From Octopus vulgaris (taxonomy: Eukaryota), in contig OX597815.1 in NCBI GenBank assembly GCA_951406725.2, positions 6,572,001 through 6,636,000 on the forward strand: a stretch of DNA of 64,000 nt, in the 5' to 3' direction. How positions within the stretch are numbered: position 1 is the stretch's first letter; the number at the start of each line of letters is the position of its first letter. Made by a program: the position numbers and the translations under genes. Under the pieces are notes generated by a model. The model worked only from the letters and a program-made list of their open reading frames with translations, was not told the origin of the DNA and did no database searches. Shown piece after piece: positions 1 through 15,183 of this stretch.

Positions 1-636
1 AGATAGATAGATAGATATCAAATAGATAGACAGACAGACTAACGAGCAGACAGATAGACAACCAGACAGACAGACAGAAGACAGGCAGACCGACAAACAT
101 ATGTACATAGGAACATAGACATATGTGTGTGGGTGGAAGAGCTAACATTGCAGACGAGTATATATCAATGTCATTCGGTACAGTTATGTTCCTGTGTCAC
201 CAGGTATAGCGATGTATGTGTGTGTGTGTGTGTGTCTGAGTAGCTCTATGTTGTATGAGTATCATTCGGTACAGATATATATGAGCGAGACTAGATCTAT
301 TTATGACTGCCACAACGTAAGGTTTGGGTGTCAGACCCTCTCTGCGGCACTTTGCGCAAATGTCGTCTGCTATAACATGGGGGCAACCAAAGCCTTGTGA
401 GTGGATTTGGTAGGCAGAAACTGAAAGAAGCGGTGATGGTGGGGGGGGGGACAACCGGTGTAGGTTTGTTTAGGTCCTCTAAAACGTAGTGGTTCGATGA
501 AAGAAACCGATAGAATAAGTACCAGAGAAATAAAATAAAAAATAAGTCCTGGGGTCGATTCGTTCTTTAAAACCCCTTCAAGGCGGTGCCCCAGCATGGA
601 CCCAGTCCAGTGACTGAAACATGTAAAAGTTAAACA

Positions 637-1050
637 ATCATCATCATCATTGTTCGACGGTGGTGGAGACAATGGAATTTACCATGCTACGCCAGACTTC
701 ACGGTCCATCATGGCATTACGGAGGTTCTGTTGCTGGATGCCTGTATCCCTGGAGATTACATCAGGGTAGGAGAGTGTGCGCCCTCTGGTATCGCGAGCA
801 GATGGCTTCCAGAGGAGAAGAGGAGAAATTACCTCTTTTTCAGCTCTACAACAATGTCCAGCAAACTGGACTCTCCTACCTTTCACAAGAGATGATACAG
901 GTGGTAGTTTCCCATATATTTGTACTTTGGTTGGATGACGCTTCCACGAGACATTTTGAGCTCTCATAAGGAGGCGAGTGTAGGTTCCATCCAACTGCCT
1001 CTTAAGCTTGTTTGATAATGTCCAGGTTTCTGAGCCATATAGTAGAATTA
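637..1050 (-). mobile_element. 3' fragment of an RTE-type non-LTR retrotransposon
   Basis: ILLYGSETW...LDGTYTRLL...RRVQFAGHCCR...DREVWRSMV (ORF 647-994), with a short (GAT)n tail. Confidence 0.85.
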
Positions 1051-1566
1051 GTTAAACAATAAAGATTAGTAAATACTCAGTGAAACTGTATACCAATATC
1101 TTTTTTATCTCTGATTCATTCACCACGGTGCACTTAATTGTGAACCATGTTACACTTATCACGGATTGATCTGTGTTAACACGGGTCGGCGGTCAGTCAA
1201 AGATTCCACTTGGACCTTATAAACGCACCCCATCAACCAACCACAATTCTCAGCTACCCAGAGTACACTAACTTATGTTTACATGACCATACAGCAAGGC
1301 TGCGTCTTTTTTTCTTATTTTTTTTTTCTTATACGAATTTAACATGGGACCAAGGAACAGAAACATTACGAAGGCACCAGATTCTAACAAAACGACGCGG
1401 ATGAGCGGCAAAGGTAAAAATGATCAACAAACTACGTGAAGGTGGAAGCTTCGTTGTCGCAGAACACCATTTTGGTGACGATGAATCTAATATTCTCTCC
1501 GTTTACTAAGTGCGTAGAGACGACTCATTCATCACTGCTTTTCGTTTTGTTTTTGACGTTAATAAA

Positions 1567-1599
<33 letters not shown>

Positions 1600-2277
1600 T
1601 AGACACAATCCAAGTTAACTACGATAACTCGTTCCCAAATATCATCTTACGCCCACCATACTTACATACCATAATCATTCGACGAGTAATTCTCCAGGCT
1701 CTCCCATAACAACTTAGCAAATTTATCATAACATATTCACGCAAAACAACGTACAAAGCAATAACTCTTTTACAAACTTCAAACGAGCCCAGTGGAACCA
1801 GTTCCACTAGGAAACCCAGATACTTCAGTACATTCAACAAAATAATTATAGACGTAATCAAAAGAATACATACATTTTATTCTACAAGGGAACATATAAA
1901 AATATATACGACTCCAATTACACATCAGAAAAAAGCAGCTTAATAAAAACCGAGCGGGGACAACCTCAAATGTAATACATGAAAACCACACACAGTAGAA
2001 ATGAACGTCAACAGCAAAAAACTAAAGAAGGAAATTACAAGGGAAATAAATCATGGATAATGTTTCAATTAGTAAACGTATACATCCAACATGAACCGTT
2101 GGACTAAGTGTAAAAACACGATAGATAGTAAATAATGATTACTTTTATTAACCACAAGGGCACAGATGAAGAAGACATCACAAGAGCAGACGATAGTTAG
2201 TGGGAGGATTTGCGTAAAGGATGAGGAGAAAGAAATGGAAGAGACAGTGAAATGCGATGTAAGTCGACATAGTAAAC

Positions 2278-2487
2278 CTTTTCTACTATAGGCACAAGGC
2301 CTGACATTTTGGGGGAATGGGTAAGTCGATTACATCGACCCCACTACTCAACTGGTACTTAATTTATCGACCTCGAAAGGATGAAAGGCAAAGTCGACCT
2401 CGGCGGAATTTGAACTCACAACGTAACGGCAGACGAAATACTGCTAAGCATTTCGCTCGGCGTGCTAACGACTCTGTCAGCTCGCCG
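2278..2487 (-). mobile_element. tRNA-derived SINE, family B
   Basis: Reverse complement of the ggcgagctggcagaa...gagttcaaattccgccgaggtcgactttgcctttcatcc consensus. Confidence 0.8.
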
Positions 2488-2689
2488 ACATAGTAAACGA
2501 AGAATGTGATAACATGAATGATTCGGTCCTTCTGATATACGAGAGAAACTCCAACTAGATTTCGCCAGTTTGCTGCCTTATGTCACAATAATAACCTGAA
2601 ATAATACGACGACACACTCTAAATGAACGCAAATGCTCTGATCAGGCATTCTTCTAAAATCAGTCGCCATAAACAAAAGAAGACAGAAA

Positions 2690-2976
2690 TTGGCGCTCCA
2701 TCGGTTACGACGTGGGTTCCAGTTGATCCGATCAACGGAACATCACCCCACAGACACATACTCTTAAAGTAGATCCCATGGAGATTCAGCATGACACAGA
2801 ATGTAACAAGGCTGACCCTTCGAATTACAGTTACGACTCATCTTTGACAGCCGAGTGGACTGGAGAAGTGTGAAATAAAATGTCGTGCTCAAGGACACAA
2901 CGCGCCGCCGTAATTCGATCTTGCGGCCTTAGGATCGTGAACCGAATACACTAACCACTATACCACGCACCTTCAC
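2690..2976 (-). mobile_element. tRNA-derived SINE, third family (related copies about 4800-4960 and 6170-6300)
   Basis: Minus strand reads gcgtggtatagtggttag (A box)...gatcgaatt (B box)...gttgtgtccttgagca. Confidence 0.7.
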
Positions 2977-3239
2977 AAAGAAGACAGAAACACAACGGAA
3001 AATAGACATTTCCCGTATAGATTCGCAGTTTCTCAGATGATCAACAAACTACGTGACGGTGGAAGCTTCGCTGTTGTAGGACGCCATTTTGGTGAATCAA
3101 ACATTCTCTCCGTTTACTAAAGAGCGTAAAAATGATTCAGGGGCGAGATGAGCAAATTGCTGTTTAATAAGAAGACTAATGTGGTTTCCAATCATTTTGA
3201 ATTTGTCCAACGTCGTTGAGGAAGGAAAAAGACTTATAT

Positions 3240-3360
3240 GGATGCATGTCTGTGGGATTAAGAAGTTCGATCTCCAAGCGCGTGGTTTCAAGTACCTAGG
3301 GTGAATGCCTTCTGCTATGGCCCTGGGACCACCAATGCCTTTTGAATGAATTTGGTAGCC

Positions 3361-3451
<91 letters not shown>

Positions 3452-3660
3452 TTTATGGTTGTGTTTGTCCAGCTCCCTGCTTGATAACCAGTGTTAGTTT
3501 GTTTATATCCCCGTAACTTAGCAGTTCGGCAAAAGAGACCAATAGAGTAATTACCAGACTTAATAAATAATGACTGGGGACGATTTGTTCGACTAAACCC
3601 TTCAAGATGGATACACCAGCATGGCCGCAGTCCAATGACTGAAACAAGTAAAAGATTGAA
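3240..3660 (+). mobile_element. SINE family A, diverged, with internal (GT)n
   Basis: ccccgtaacttagcagttcggcaaaagagacc body and ccagcatggccgcagtc...gactgaaacaagtaaaag tail. Confidence 0.8.
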
Positions 3661-4384
3661 AATACTCTAAAATGAGGGTGGATCGACAGCTATTTCCATC
3701 TATTCTAAACTTGTCCGACATCGTGGTGGAAGAAAGAAGAATTGCGTGGACAAATCTCTATTTTGTTTTCTCCTTCACAAAGAGAGAGAAATGGTACCAA
3801 AATATTCCTCTAATATTTTTAAGTGGGTTGGAATCCATCAGTTTAAGAACTGCAAACGTAGACAACGATTGTGACCCCATCCTTCCATCAAACACTTAAA
3901 AAAATGGAAAATCTAGAAATTTGAAACAAAATTAGGCCTTAGGGACTAACAATATCTACAATTACTCGCATTCACATTTGCTACAAGTGCTTGTACCAAA
4001 CATTTTATAAATCCTCAGGATTTGGGAAGTGGACAAAATCATAACGATTCTAAAACTCAACAGAAATTCAAGTAAAGTAGCATCGCATAGGTTCCATTGA
4101 CCTTCAAATATTTCAGAAAGGGGTATTCGTTACAACGTTAATCAACAATTTCCGTCTCTCAGTAATCACATGACTTCAGACCATTACACTGAACCACCAC
4201 GCCACTCACAGACCTAACACATGACGGCTTCAACAACAGTAAAAGCTGTCACACGTTCCTTCCCTTTAAATACTCGACATCTCCTTAAGACACAACACAA
4301 AACCTTGGCCTGCAATCAATTTAATTGTTGGATCACCAACCCTATGTAGGACAATAGGACAAACAATATTTCCAAAACATAAAT

Positions 4385-4800
4385 GCGGTGAGCTGGCAGA
4401 AACGTTAGCACGCCGGACGAAATGCTTAGCGGTATTTCGTCTGCCGTTACGTTCTGAGTTCAAATTCCGATGAGGTCGACTTTACCTTTCATCCTTTCGG
4501 GGTCGATAAATTAAGTACCAGTTACGCACTGGGGTTGATATAATCGACTTAATCCCTTTGTCTGTCCTTGTTTGTCCCCTCTGTGCTTAGCTCCTTGTGG
4601 GTAGTAAAGAAATAGGTATTTCATCTGCCGTTACGTTCTGAGTTCAAATTCCGCCGAAGTCGACTTTACCATTCATCCTTTCGGGGTCGATAAAATAAGA
4701 ACCAGTTATGTACTGGGGTCGATCTAACCGACTTAATCTCTTTGTCTTCCTTGTTTATCTCCTCTGTGTTTAGCCCCTTGTGGGCAATAAAGAAATAAGT
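4385..4800 (+). mobile_element. SINE family B, dimeric
   Basis: A box tggcagaaacgtt, B box gagttcaaatt. The B-box/body unit is repeated twice. Confidence 0.85.
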
Positions 4801-5099
4801 ACCTGAATTACAGGTACTACTCATTTTTGCCAGCTGAGTGGAATGGAACTATGTGTAATAAAGTGCCTTGCTCAAGGACACAACGCGTCGCCGGGAATCG
4901 AACTCACGACCTTGTGATTGTGAGTTGAAGGCCCTTACCACTAAGTCACGCAGCTTCACTTGATGCAGTTCTGGACACCCAGGGAAGACAAAGCTGTCAA
5001 GGCTGTAATGTCTTTGTCCTTGGATCTACTCGATCTGAGCTGACCTGGGGCTAAACAACAGCAGTGAATTTGGCTGAGTCGTTAGGGCCCCTTTGAAAT

Positions 5100-5308
5100 A
5101 CAGGTGCAACAGAAACAGGAAGGAAGAGTGAGAGAAAGTTGTGGTGAAAGAGTACAGCAGGGTTCGCCACTCATCCCCTGCCGGAGACTCGTGGAGCTTT
5201 TAGGTGTTTTCGCTCAATAAACACTCACAACGCCCGGTCTGGGAATCGAAACCGCGATACTACGACTACGAGTCTGCTGCCCTAACCATTGGGTCATTGT
5301 GCCTCCAC
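5100..5308 (-). mobile_element. tRNA-derived SINE, further family
   Basis: Minus strand reads ggaggcacaatgacccaatggttagggcag...ggtttcgattcccagaccggg, a tRNA-like head. Confidence 0.7.
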
Positions 5309-5641
5309 ATGTATGTGTGTGTGTGTGTGTGAGTGTGTGGCTTTGTCTTTGAGTGCTTTCGTTTCCCACCACCGCTTGACAACTGGTGTTGGTGGCTCCG
5401 TGACTTAGCGGTTCGGTGACGGATGGAATAAGTACACGGCTTAAAAAAAAAGTACTGTGTTCGATTCACTCAACTAAAAACTTTTCAAGATGGTACTCCA
5501 GTATGGCCGCGGTCTAAGACTTAAACAAGTAAAAGATAAAAGATATTTGAGATTAAAGTGAAGTGCCGTTCAGTCACTGGAGAGCAACTATGGCTGGGGA
5601 CAGACGTACCATACTTTCGTTTATTGTTTTAGATGCTTATA

Positions 5642-5812
5642 GGCGCAGTAGTGGCTGTGTGGTAAGTAGCTTGCTAACCAACCACATGGTTCCGGGTTCA
5701 GTCCCACTGCGTGGCATCTTGGGCAAGTGTCTTCTGCTATAGCCCCGGGCCGACCAATGCCTTGTAAGTGGATTTGGTAGACGGAAACTGAAAGAAGCCT
5801 GTCGTATATATG

Positions 5813-5843
<31 letters not shown>

Positions 5844-6020
5844 TTGTGTGTCTGTGTTTGTCCCCCTAGCATTGCTTGACAACCGATGCTGGTGTGTTTA
5901 CGTCCCCGTCACTTAGCGGTTCGGCAAAAGAGACCGAAAGAATAAGTACTGGGCTTACAAAGAATACGTCCCGGGGTCAAATGACTGAAACAAGTAAAAG
6001 AGTAAAAGAGAGAGTAAAAA
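5642..6020 (+). mobile_element. SINE family A (tRNA head, CORE-like segment, internal TA/TG microsatellite)
   Basis: gtggctgtgtggtaag (A box), gggttcagtccc (B box), gtggcatcttgggcaagtg, (GTAAAAGA)n tail. Confidence 0.9.
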
Positions 6021-6404
6021 GAGTATATAATCGCGAGGAGACATAGACACCTTCTTTTAACCCTCGCTCTTGGACCCGGGGGCTCATCCAGGATGTGACA
6101 GCTACAGATGAACGAGAGATAGAAAGGAGAGGAAAGTGATGCCCCAGTTCTCGCCTGTCACACATTTACACCAAATTTGGCTGAACCAACGTGAAATGAA
6201 GTACTGTACTCAAAACACGCAATGCTCCACCCGGTCCGATGATACGAACCCACGGCTTTATGATCGCGAAGCGAACAGCCTTAACCATTGGGCCACGGAC
6301 CATCACAACATACGTGGGTATTTTGTGGTTAGAACAATATCCTTCTGAAGTTCAAAAATAAATTTACAAAACCACCTGAGTCATCACTACCCTCTTTAAT
6401 CCTT

Positions 6405-6787
6405 ACTCTTCACTCTTTGTTTGTTTCAGTCATTTGACTGCGGCCATGCTGGAGCACCGCCTTTAGTCGAGCAAATCGATCCCAGAACTTATTCTTTGTA
6501 ACTTAGTACTTAATCTGTCCGTCACTTTTGCCGAACCTCTAAGTTACGGGGACGTAAACACACCAGCATCGGTGTTAGGGGGACAAACACACACACACTC
6601 ACACAATCACACACACATATATATATACATATATACGACGGGCTTCTTTCAGTTTCTGTCTACCAAATCCACTCACAAGGCATTGGTCGACCCGAGGCTA
6701 TAGTAGAAGACACTTGCCCAAGATGCCACACAGTGGGACCATGTGGTTGGTAAGCAAGCTACTTACCACACAGCCACTCCTGCACCT
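6405..6787 (-). mobile_element. SINE family A
   Basis: Reverse complement of the family A consensus. Confidence 0.9.
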
Positions 6788-6837
6788 AAGTGAGTTTCAC
6801 TCACCAACTCCATTCATTCCGCCATCATCGTCATTTC

Positions 6838-7030
6838 TAAACCCTTTTGATACCAACCTGGCTGAAACCGGCTCTGGCTCTGTAGTACAAATGTCTTGTT
6901 TTCATGAATTTTAGATTAGAATCTTCCACTAAACCTTAGTCACAGTTTATGTTCCTAACACTAGCTGAATGATAACCAAGTTATTTTACTAAATTCTTCC
7001 TTATATTTAAAGTAATTAAAAGAAACACAG
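6838..7030. mobile_element. piggyBac-like non-autonomous element (related copies 42690-43075 and about 45760-45980)
   Basis: aacccttttgatacc terminus. Homologous copies end in aaagggttaa and start ttaaccc. Confidence 0.55.
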
Positions 7031-7622
7031 GTAAGACAACCTGTTAGATTTCACCAAATGTCATCAAATAATTTAGGGTTTCCTCATTTTTTTTTACCAT
7101 TTTTAAAAATGAAAACCCATTTTTCTTTTATTTTACGTTCGTCGTCGTCGTACACGTTGCTGTCATCGTTATTGCTCTTGTTATTGTGCTTCTTGTTGCA
7201 GTTGTTGTCATCACTGACGCTGCTGCTGGTGCTGCTGTTGTTGTTGTTCCTGTGAAGTATTTTATTTGTCATCGAAGCATGTGATAGGAAACATGAAAGA
7301 GGAAGGGAGAAAAAAAACGTGAAAGAGTTTCGGAGAGTCGAGGGGAGGTTGGATGGGGAGAGGATGTTGTGTATTGATGAAACGGAAGCTTACGTGTGAG
7401 TCAGTGGATCAACAACTTCCAGCATTTAACAGTTTCCCTTGCTGCTGCTGATGGTGCTCCTGATGCTGTTCCCGCCATACTCCACCCAACCACCGACTCC
7501 TCATCCTTTTCCTTCTTCATCTCTCTATTCAGTTGCACCTAAACAATATATCCTTCGAAACCTGACGCACGACATACATTTCTACATAGCAGTCATTATC
7601 CAGCACCACCACCACCACCCCA

Positions 7623-7708
<86 letters not shown>

Positions 7709-7766
7709 AGGAGAGACAGATTCTCCTCTTTACTTACATTCCCTTTCTTTCTTTGCTCCTGTCTCT

Positions 7767-7814
<48 letters not shown>

Positions 7815-8089
7815 GTACACACACACACACACACACTCAAACAAACACAGGTTCCTAACTACAATATATCAAACAATTACGAGAGAAATTCTTTACTGAC
7901 ACCCCCCACCCACACACACAAACACACACACACACATTTCTATTAACCCACCACCACCACCGCCACCACTACCACTCATTTTCACTTGAAATATTAAACC
8001 CCAGTCGACCGGGGAAACTATTTCAATCAATTACAGACGATAAAAACCTCATGTAATACGCCTCCTCCTACTGCTACTACTACTACTAC

Positions 8090-8272
8090 TCTTTTACTTG
8101 TTTCAGTCATTTGACTGCGGCCATGCTGGAGCACCGCCTTTAGTCGAGCAAATCGACCCCGGTACTTATTCTTTGTAAGCCTAGTACTTATTCTATCGGT
8201 CTCTTTTGCCGAACCGCTAAGGTACGGGGACGTAAACACACCAGCATCGGTTGTCAAGCGATGTTGGGGGGA

Positions 8273-8313
<41 letters not shown>

Positions 8314-8494
8314 ACACACATATATATACATATATACGACGGGCTTCTTTTCAGTTTCCGTCTACCAAATCCACTCATAAGGCTTTGGTCAGCCCGAGGC
8401 TATAGTAGAAGACACTTGCCCAAGGTGCCACGCAGTGGGACTGAGCCCGGAACCATGTGGTTGGTAAGCAAGCTACTTACCACACAGCCACTCC

Positions 8495-8495
<1 letters not shown>
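8090..8495 (-). mobile_element. SINE family A, near-consensus copy
   Basis: Full head-to-tail match with CpGs intact. Confidence 0.9.
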
Positions 8496-8537
<42 letters not shown>

Positions 8538-9179
8538 CCTTTCTATTATTGGCACAAGGCCTGAAACTTGTGGGGAGGGGACTAGTCGATTAGACTGATC
8601 TCAGTACTCAACTGGTACTTAATTCATCGACCCGAAAGGGCGAAAGGCAAAGTCGACCTCAACGGAAGTGTCGCTAAGCGTTTTACTCAGCGTGTTAACG
8701 CTTCTGCCATCTCGCCACGTTTACGTCAACGTTAATACTAAGAAACAAAATGGTGGCGAGCTGGCAAGTTCTCCCTTACATTTGTCTTTTTCCAGCCTAC
8801 AAGCACAAGTTCAGTATGTGTCCATTTTACAATTCCTGAACAGAGATGTGGTTCTCGAAATAGTCCGTGGATAATTTTAGCTGAAGAATAGCGCCCATCT
8901 GTGAAGTGATACGGTTATATGGCCAAGCCTTCATCATATAAGTATTTCCCAGTTTTACTGCTTTTGCAGACGTGAGGATTTTATTGGTTACAAGTCTTAC
9001 TATCCCCTTCCTCTTCCGAGAAGTTTGTATTTCTGGTTTTCTAAAATCAATCTTGACTTCAATATATTTATTTTTAATAATAATTTCACCTTCCTAGCTT
9101 AATTTGATTTCGCCGACGAAAGACTTTATGTTGCCTGAAGAAATGGTGAGGTTATGCAATAATGTGAAATTATGTAATA

Positions 9180-10550
<1,371 letters not shown>

Positions 10551-10717
10551 AGAGAGAAAAAAAACACAGAAAGAAGGAGAGAAAAAAATGCGTGCAGTAA
10601 CTAACGAATCAACATGGCGATCTGATTTCGGCCAGAGGTCAAAGATCAAACATGAGACGCGAGAGCGAAATAAGGGGAGATAATAGGGTTGATAATAGGG
10701 TTGAATGACCAGCTATT

Positions 10718-10918
10718 AGTGCGTAGGAGAGGTCTGGACGTGTGTATGTATAGGGTTGGTGTATGTATTAGTATGTATTAGTATGTATAAGGGTGTGTGT
10801 GTGTGTGTGTGTGTATGAGAGAGTATTAGTGCGTATGAAAGGTCTGGACGTGCGTATGTATGGGGTTGGTGTATGTATTAGTATGTATTAGTATGTATTA
10901 GTACGTATTAGTATGTAT

Positions 10919-10957
<39 letters not shown>

Positions 10958-11075
10958 TATAAGTGCGTATGAGAGGTCTGGACGTGTGTATGTATAGGGT
11001 TGGTGTATGTATTAGTATGTATTAGTATGTATTAGTACGTATTAGTATGTATTAGTTGGTGTATGTATTAGTATG
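10718..11075 (+). repeat. About three tandem units of 110-135 bp with an internal (TATGTATTAG)n sub-repeat
   Basis: aggtctggacgtg occurs at about 10730, 10840 and 10974. Confidence 0.85.
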
Positions 11076-11573
11076 GCACATCATATATGATGTGATGTGT
11101 AAAGTCGTGTGGTGTAGTGTGGATAGAGGAGAAGAGGGGGAGGGGAGAGGGGAGAGGGGGGCGAGAGGAGGGGGAGAAGGAAGGGGAGGAGGAGGGGAGG
11201 AGGAAGGAGGAAAGAGGGATATAATTATTATATGTAGAAAAATACAAACTGAGACAAGAACGCAGAACACTTAGAAGACGACACAAAAAAAACACGGACG
11301 GGACATTCGAAGGCCTCAATCTTCAGTCAAGAACCGGATCATCCTAGCAATTTCGGCTGATTAATCTTGAGATCGCTCCGATCCGGCCAGCCCCAAGGAA
11401 AAACTAAGCTGCGAGCATTAGAAAAACTAAGCTACGAGCATTAGATTTCTTGGAAGAAAGATCGAATGTATACGAAACAGGGACAGAAAACGGACGATGC
11501 CACACGAATATGAAATACAAAAAACAATAATGGTAAAAACAGGACAAAAACAGCGGGTGTCTTACGACTAATA

Positions 11574-11706
<133 letters not shown>

Positions 11707-12314
11707 ATATATATATATGTATATATGTATGTATGTATATATATATGTGTGTATATATATGTATATATATAATAATAATATTAGTGAGTAAATCCAAACT
11801 TACGGGGAAAAATTAGATTTAGGATTAAATCAAATTTCACAGTATAAATATAAATTAAATTAGAGATAAAACCACTATTAGGCAAATTAAACAGTGAAAA
11901 ACATAAACCAAAACATAAAAATAAATATAATTAATATAATATACAAAATATATAAAATATAAAATTTAAATTATTTAAATTTTAAATTTTAAATCTATAT
12001 TTATATATTTTTATATAAAAATATATAAATATAAATTAAAAATTGATTTGCCTAATAGTGGTTTTATCTCTAAATTAATTTATATATATTATATATATAT
12101 ATGTATAGCAAAAGCAACAGAGTGAGTGAAGAACCGAGAGTTTCGTGTACTGGCACTTACCAAACTTAGGTAAGTGTCAAAGCACTAAACTCTCGGCCTT
12201 TGAGCCTCTCTGTTGCTTCAGTTAAATATTTAAAAAATTATACATACGCTCATATTTTGAGTTCTATTTCATCTTGTTTGCATCACCATTCCTACACACT
12301 CACACGCACACACG

Positions 12315-12352
<38 letters not shown>

Positions 12353-12563
12353 CATGCATAGATTCATTTATGGGTTAACAAAGCAATCAGTGGTTTCATA
12401 GGAAAACATCTTCCATGGGGTAGCTTGAACAATTGTGAAGGTCTTTTCGCATGAAACCATTGGTTGCCTTGTTAACTCGGAAATAAAATCTATGTATCCA
12501 CGAACGTTGTGTTGAGCACTCATTCTCCATTGTTGAACATTAGATTATACATACATACACACG

Positions 12564-12621
<58 letters not shown>

Positions 12622-12784
12622 GTATTCAGAGATTAATGTGACTAAAAAGTAAGAAATGTCTTTAATACTGTATATTGATTGAAGAGGATTTATATGGTAG
12701 GAGATTATTGAAAGTAATTAGCGCCTTTTTATTGCAAATACTTATTCCCTGCGAGGTAGCCAATAGTAACCAGTATCAATGATG

Positions 12785-12869
<85 letters not shown>

Positions 12870-12871
<2 letters not shown>

Positions 12872-13235
12872 GCTTTCTAATTGATGCATCAATACAAGCA
12901 GATGACAACATGTCTCTAAAAGAAATGGAGAAACTTTCAAAATACAAAGACCTGGAAATAGAGGTAACCAGAATGTGGAATCTAAAAACAGAAACAATTC
13001 CTATCATAGTAGGTGCATTAGGCATGATAAAAAAATATTTAGACAAATACATAACAAAAACACCTGGACTAACAAATATATATAACCTGCAGAAAATTGC
13101 ATTACTGGGCACTGCACACATCCTACGCAGAACACTTTCCATACAATAACCATCAGAGCATCACAACAAATCACAGCACATACCCAAGGCACACAGAGCT
13201 GTGCTCGGTAGTGCAATGAAAGCCCGTGATAAAGA
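12870..13235 (+). mobile_element. Dong/R4-clade LINE 3' fragment (restriction-like endonuclease C-terminus)
   Basis: IDASI...KEMEKLSKYKDLEIEVTRMW...IPIIVGALG...LQKIALLGTAHILRRTL, flanked by (TAA)n and (AAG)n. Confidence 0.85.
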
Positions 13236-13236
<1 letters not shown>

Positions 13237-13266
<30 letters not shown>

Positions 13267-13392
13267 AAGAAGAAGAAGAAGAAGAAGAAGAAGAAGAAGA
13301 AGAAGAAGAAGAAGAAGAAGAAGAAGAAGAAGAAGAAGAAGAAGAAGAAGAAGAAGAAGAAGAAGAAGAAGAAGAAGAAGAAGAAGAAGAAG
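13237..13392 (+). repeat. (AAG)n microsatellite
   Basis: About 50 perfect repeats. Confidence 0.95.
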
Positions 13393-13589
13393 GTTTTGCT
13401 GGTCTGCCCAACTAGCAGCAATTTCAAGTCCTCCATCCTTTGGGGGGAATTTTTCATGTTGGGATTTTTTTGTTCTCTTGCTGTTATTTTTATTCCTTGC
13501 ACAACCCCACATGACGCCATATTGTACACCGTCCCCGATATCGTTTATCAACAATCAGTGGTGAATAGCAAAGAAGCATTTTATTATTA

Positions 13590-14100
13590 TTCTCTCCCAG
13601 AGAACCTTCGGGTCGAAGATCGTGGACAATTTCCAAAAGTTTTGGGCTCGGCTTGGCTTTGCTACAGAGGGGCACTGCCCGTTCGAGACCAGCTCTTCAG
13701 GCATGAAAGCGCCAACAGCCGAACCTGCCCGAGATGCTTGCAGGGCGACGAAACCGTCCAGCGGGTAATAATTCAGTGTCCGTGCATTAGAGAATTGTGG
13801 GATTGTGTGGAGCAGCTGTTGTCACATGTAAAGAACAATTCAGCTGTCTGTCGAGTGTATAGTGAATATCGACGCACCCACCTTCCCTTAGCAGAGAAGG
13901 AAGGCAGATCTTTCTCTGCTAAGTAACTGTGGCAAAACCCGTCTGAAAGGTTTGAAAACAGGCCATTCCTATCTGGCCAAGCCCTCATCAATTTCTTCTT
14001 GAGGGTAGAGAGAGTGAGGTGCTACCTTCTAGTGTGTTTGTCAAAAGGTGGTCGACAGTGGCAAGACTGGTGAGATTAAATGGATATGCCATGAGAGATC
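13590..14100 (+). mobile_element. L1/Tx1-clade LINE C-terminal zinc-knuckle fragment
   Basis: AWLCYRGALPVRDQL...CPRC...ETVQRVIIQCPCIRELW, a zf-RVT-like motif. Confidence 0.7.
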
Positions 14101-14439
14101 GTTAGCCTCTACACACATTTTTTCTCGCCTTGTTTCTCTCCTTGTTTTTTGTGTCACTTTCTGTAGAAGAGCGTAGGCTCGAAATGTAAAAGACTTTTAC
14201 TATTCCTGAGCGTTATACTAATACATCTGTTTGTTTCGTACACCACCTGTCTTAGTCTTTTGTGTTTTTTTCTTAAACTCTCCGTACTCTGATTATATTT
14301 TTCTAAGCAGGAGGAAAGAAACTGGAAGAGGGCACTTTCCCATGCCTTGAAGATGGCAGAGTAATCTGGGATTTTTGTGTGGGGTTTACCCCCGATTACC
14401 CTAAGTGGACTACCCTGCTATGGGGGATTCTCTTTTATT

Positions 14440-14853
14440 CTTTTATTCTTTTACTTGTTTCAGTCAGTTGACTGTGTCCGGTGCTGGAGCACCGCCTTTA
14501 GTCGAGCAAATCGACCCCAGGACTTATTCTTTGTAAGCCTAGTACTTATTCTATCGGTCGCTTTTGCCGAACCGCTAAGTTACGGGGACGTAAACACACC
14601 AGCATTGGTTGTCAAGCGATGTTGGAGGGGGGGGGTCAAACACAGACACACAAACATATACACACACATACATATGTACATATATATACGACGGGATTCT
14701 TTCAGTTTCCGTCTACCAAATCCACTCACAAGGCTTTGATCGGCCCGAGGCTATAGCAGAAGACACTTGCCCAAGGTGCCACGCAGTGGGACTGAACCCG
14801 GAACCATGTGGTTGGTAAGCAAGCTACTTACCACACAGCCACTCCTACGCCTA
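14440..14853 (-). mobile_element. SINE family A
   Basis: Reverse complement of the consensus. Confidence 0.9.
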
Positions 14854-15112
14854 TTTATTCTATTTATTTATTTACTTATTCTTTACTTCTCTACTTTCTA
14901 TTGTATATCCTCTGTAATATCGGCATTATCTCCCCTTGATTGATGTTAACCCACCACCACCACCACCACATATTTTTGTAATCTGTTTGTGCTGCAACTC
15001 GTCCTTCGATATTGTTCTCTACGACTTGGGCCCTTGTGGCCAATAAAAGAAATCATCATCATCATCATCATCATCATTATCATCATTATTATTATTATTA
15101 TCATTATTATCA

Positions 15113-15183
<71 letters not shown>

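Noticed and set aside
5642-5715. tRNA-like sequence (and other SINE heads)
   Set aside because: A/B boxes run directly into SINE bodies in many copies, so these are not independent tRNA genes.
13201-13926. 241-aa poly-K ORF
   Set aside because: Chimeric read-through of (AAG)n into an L1/Tx1 fragment.
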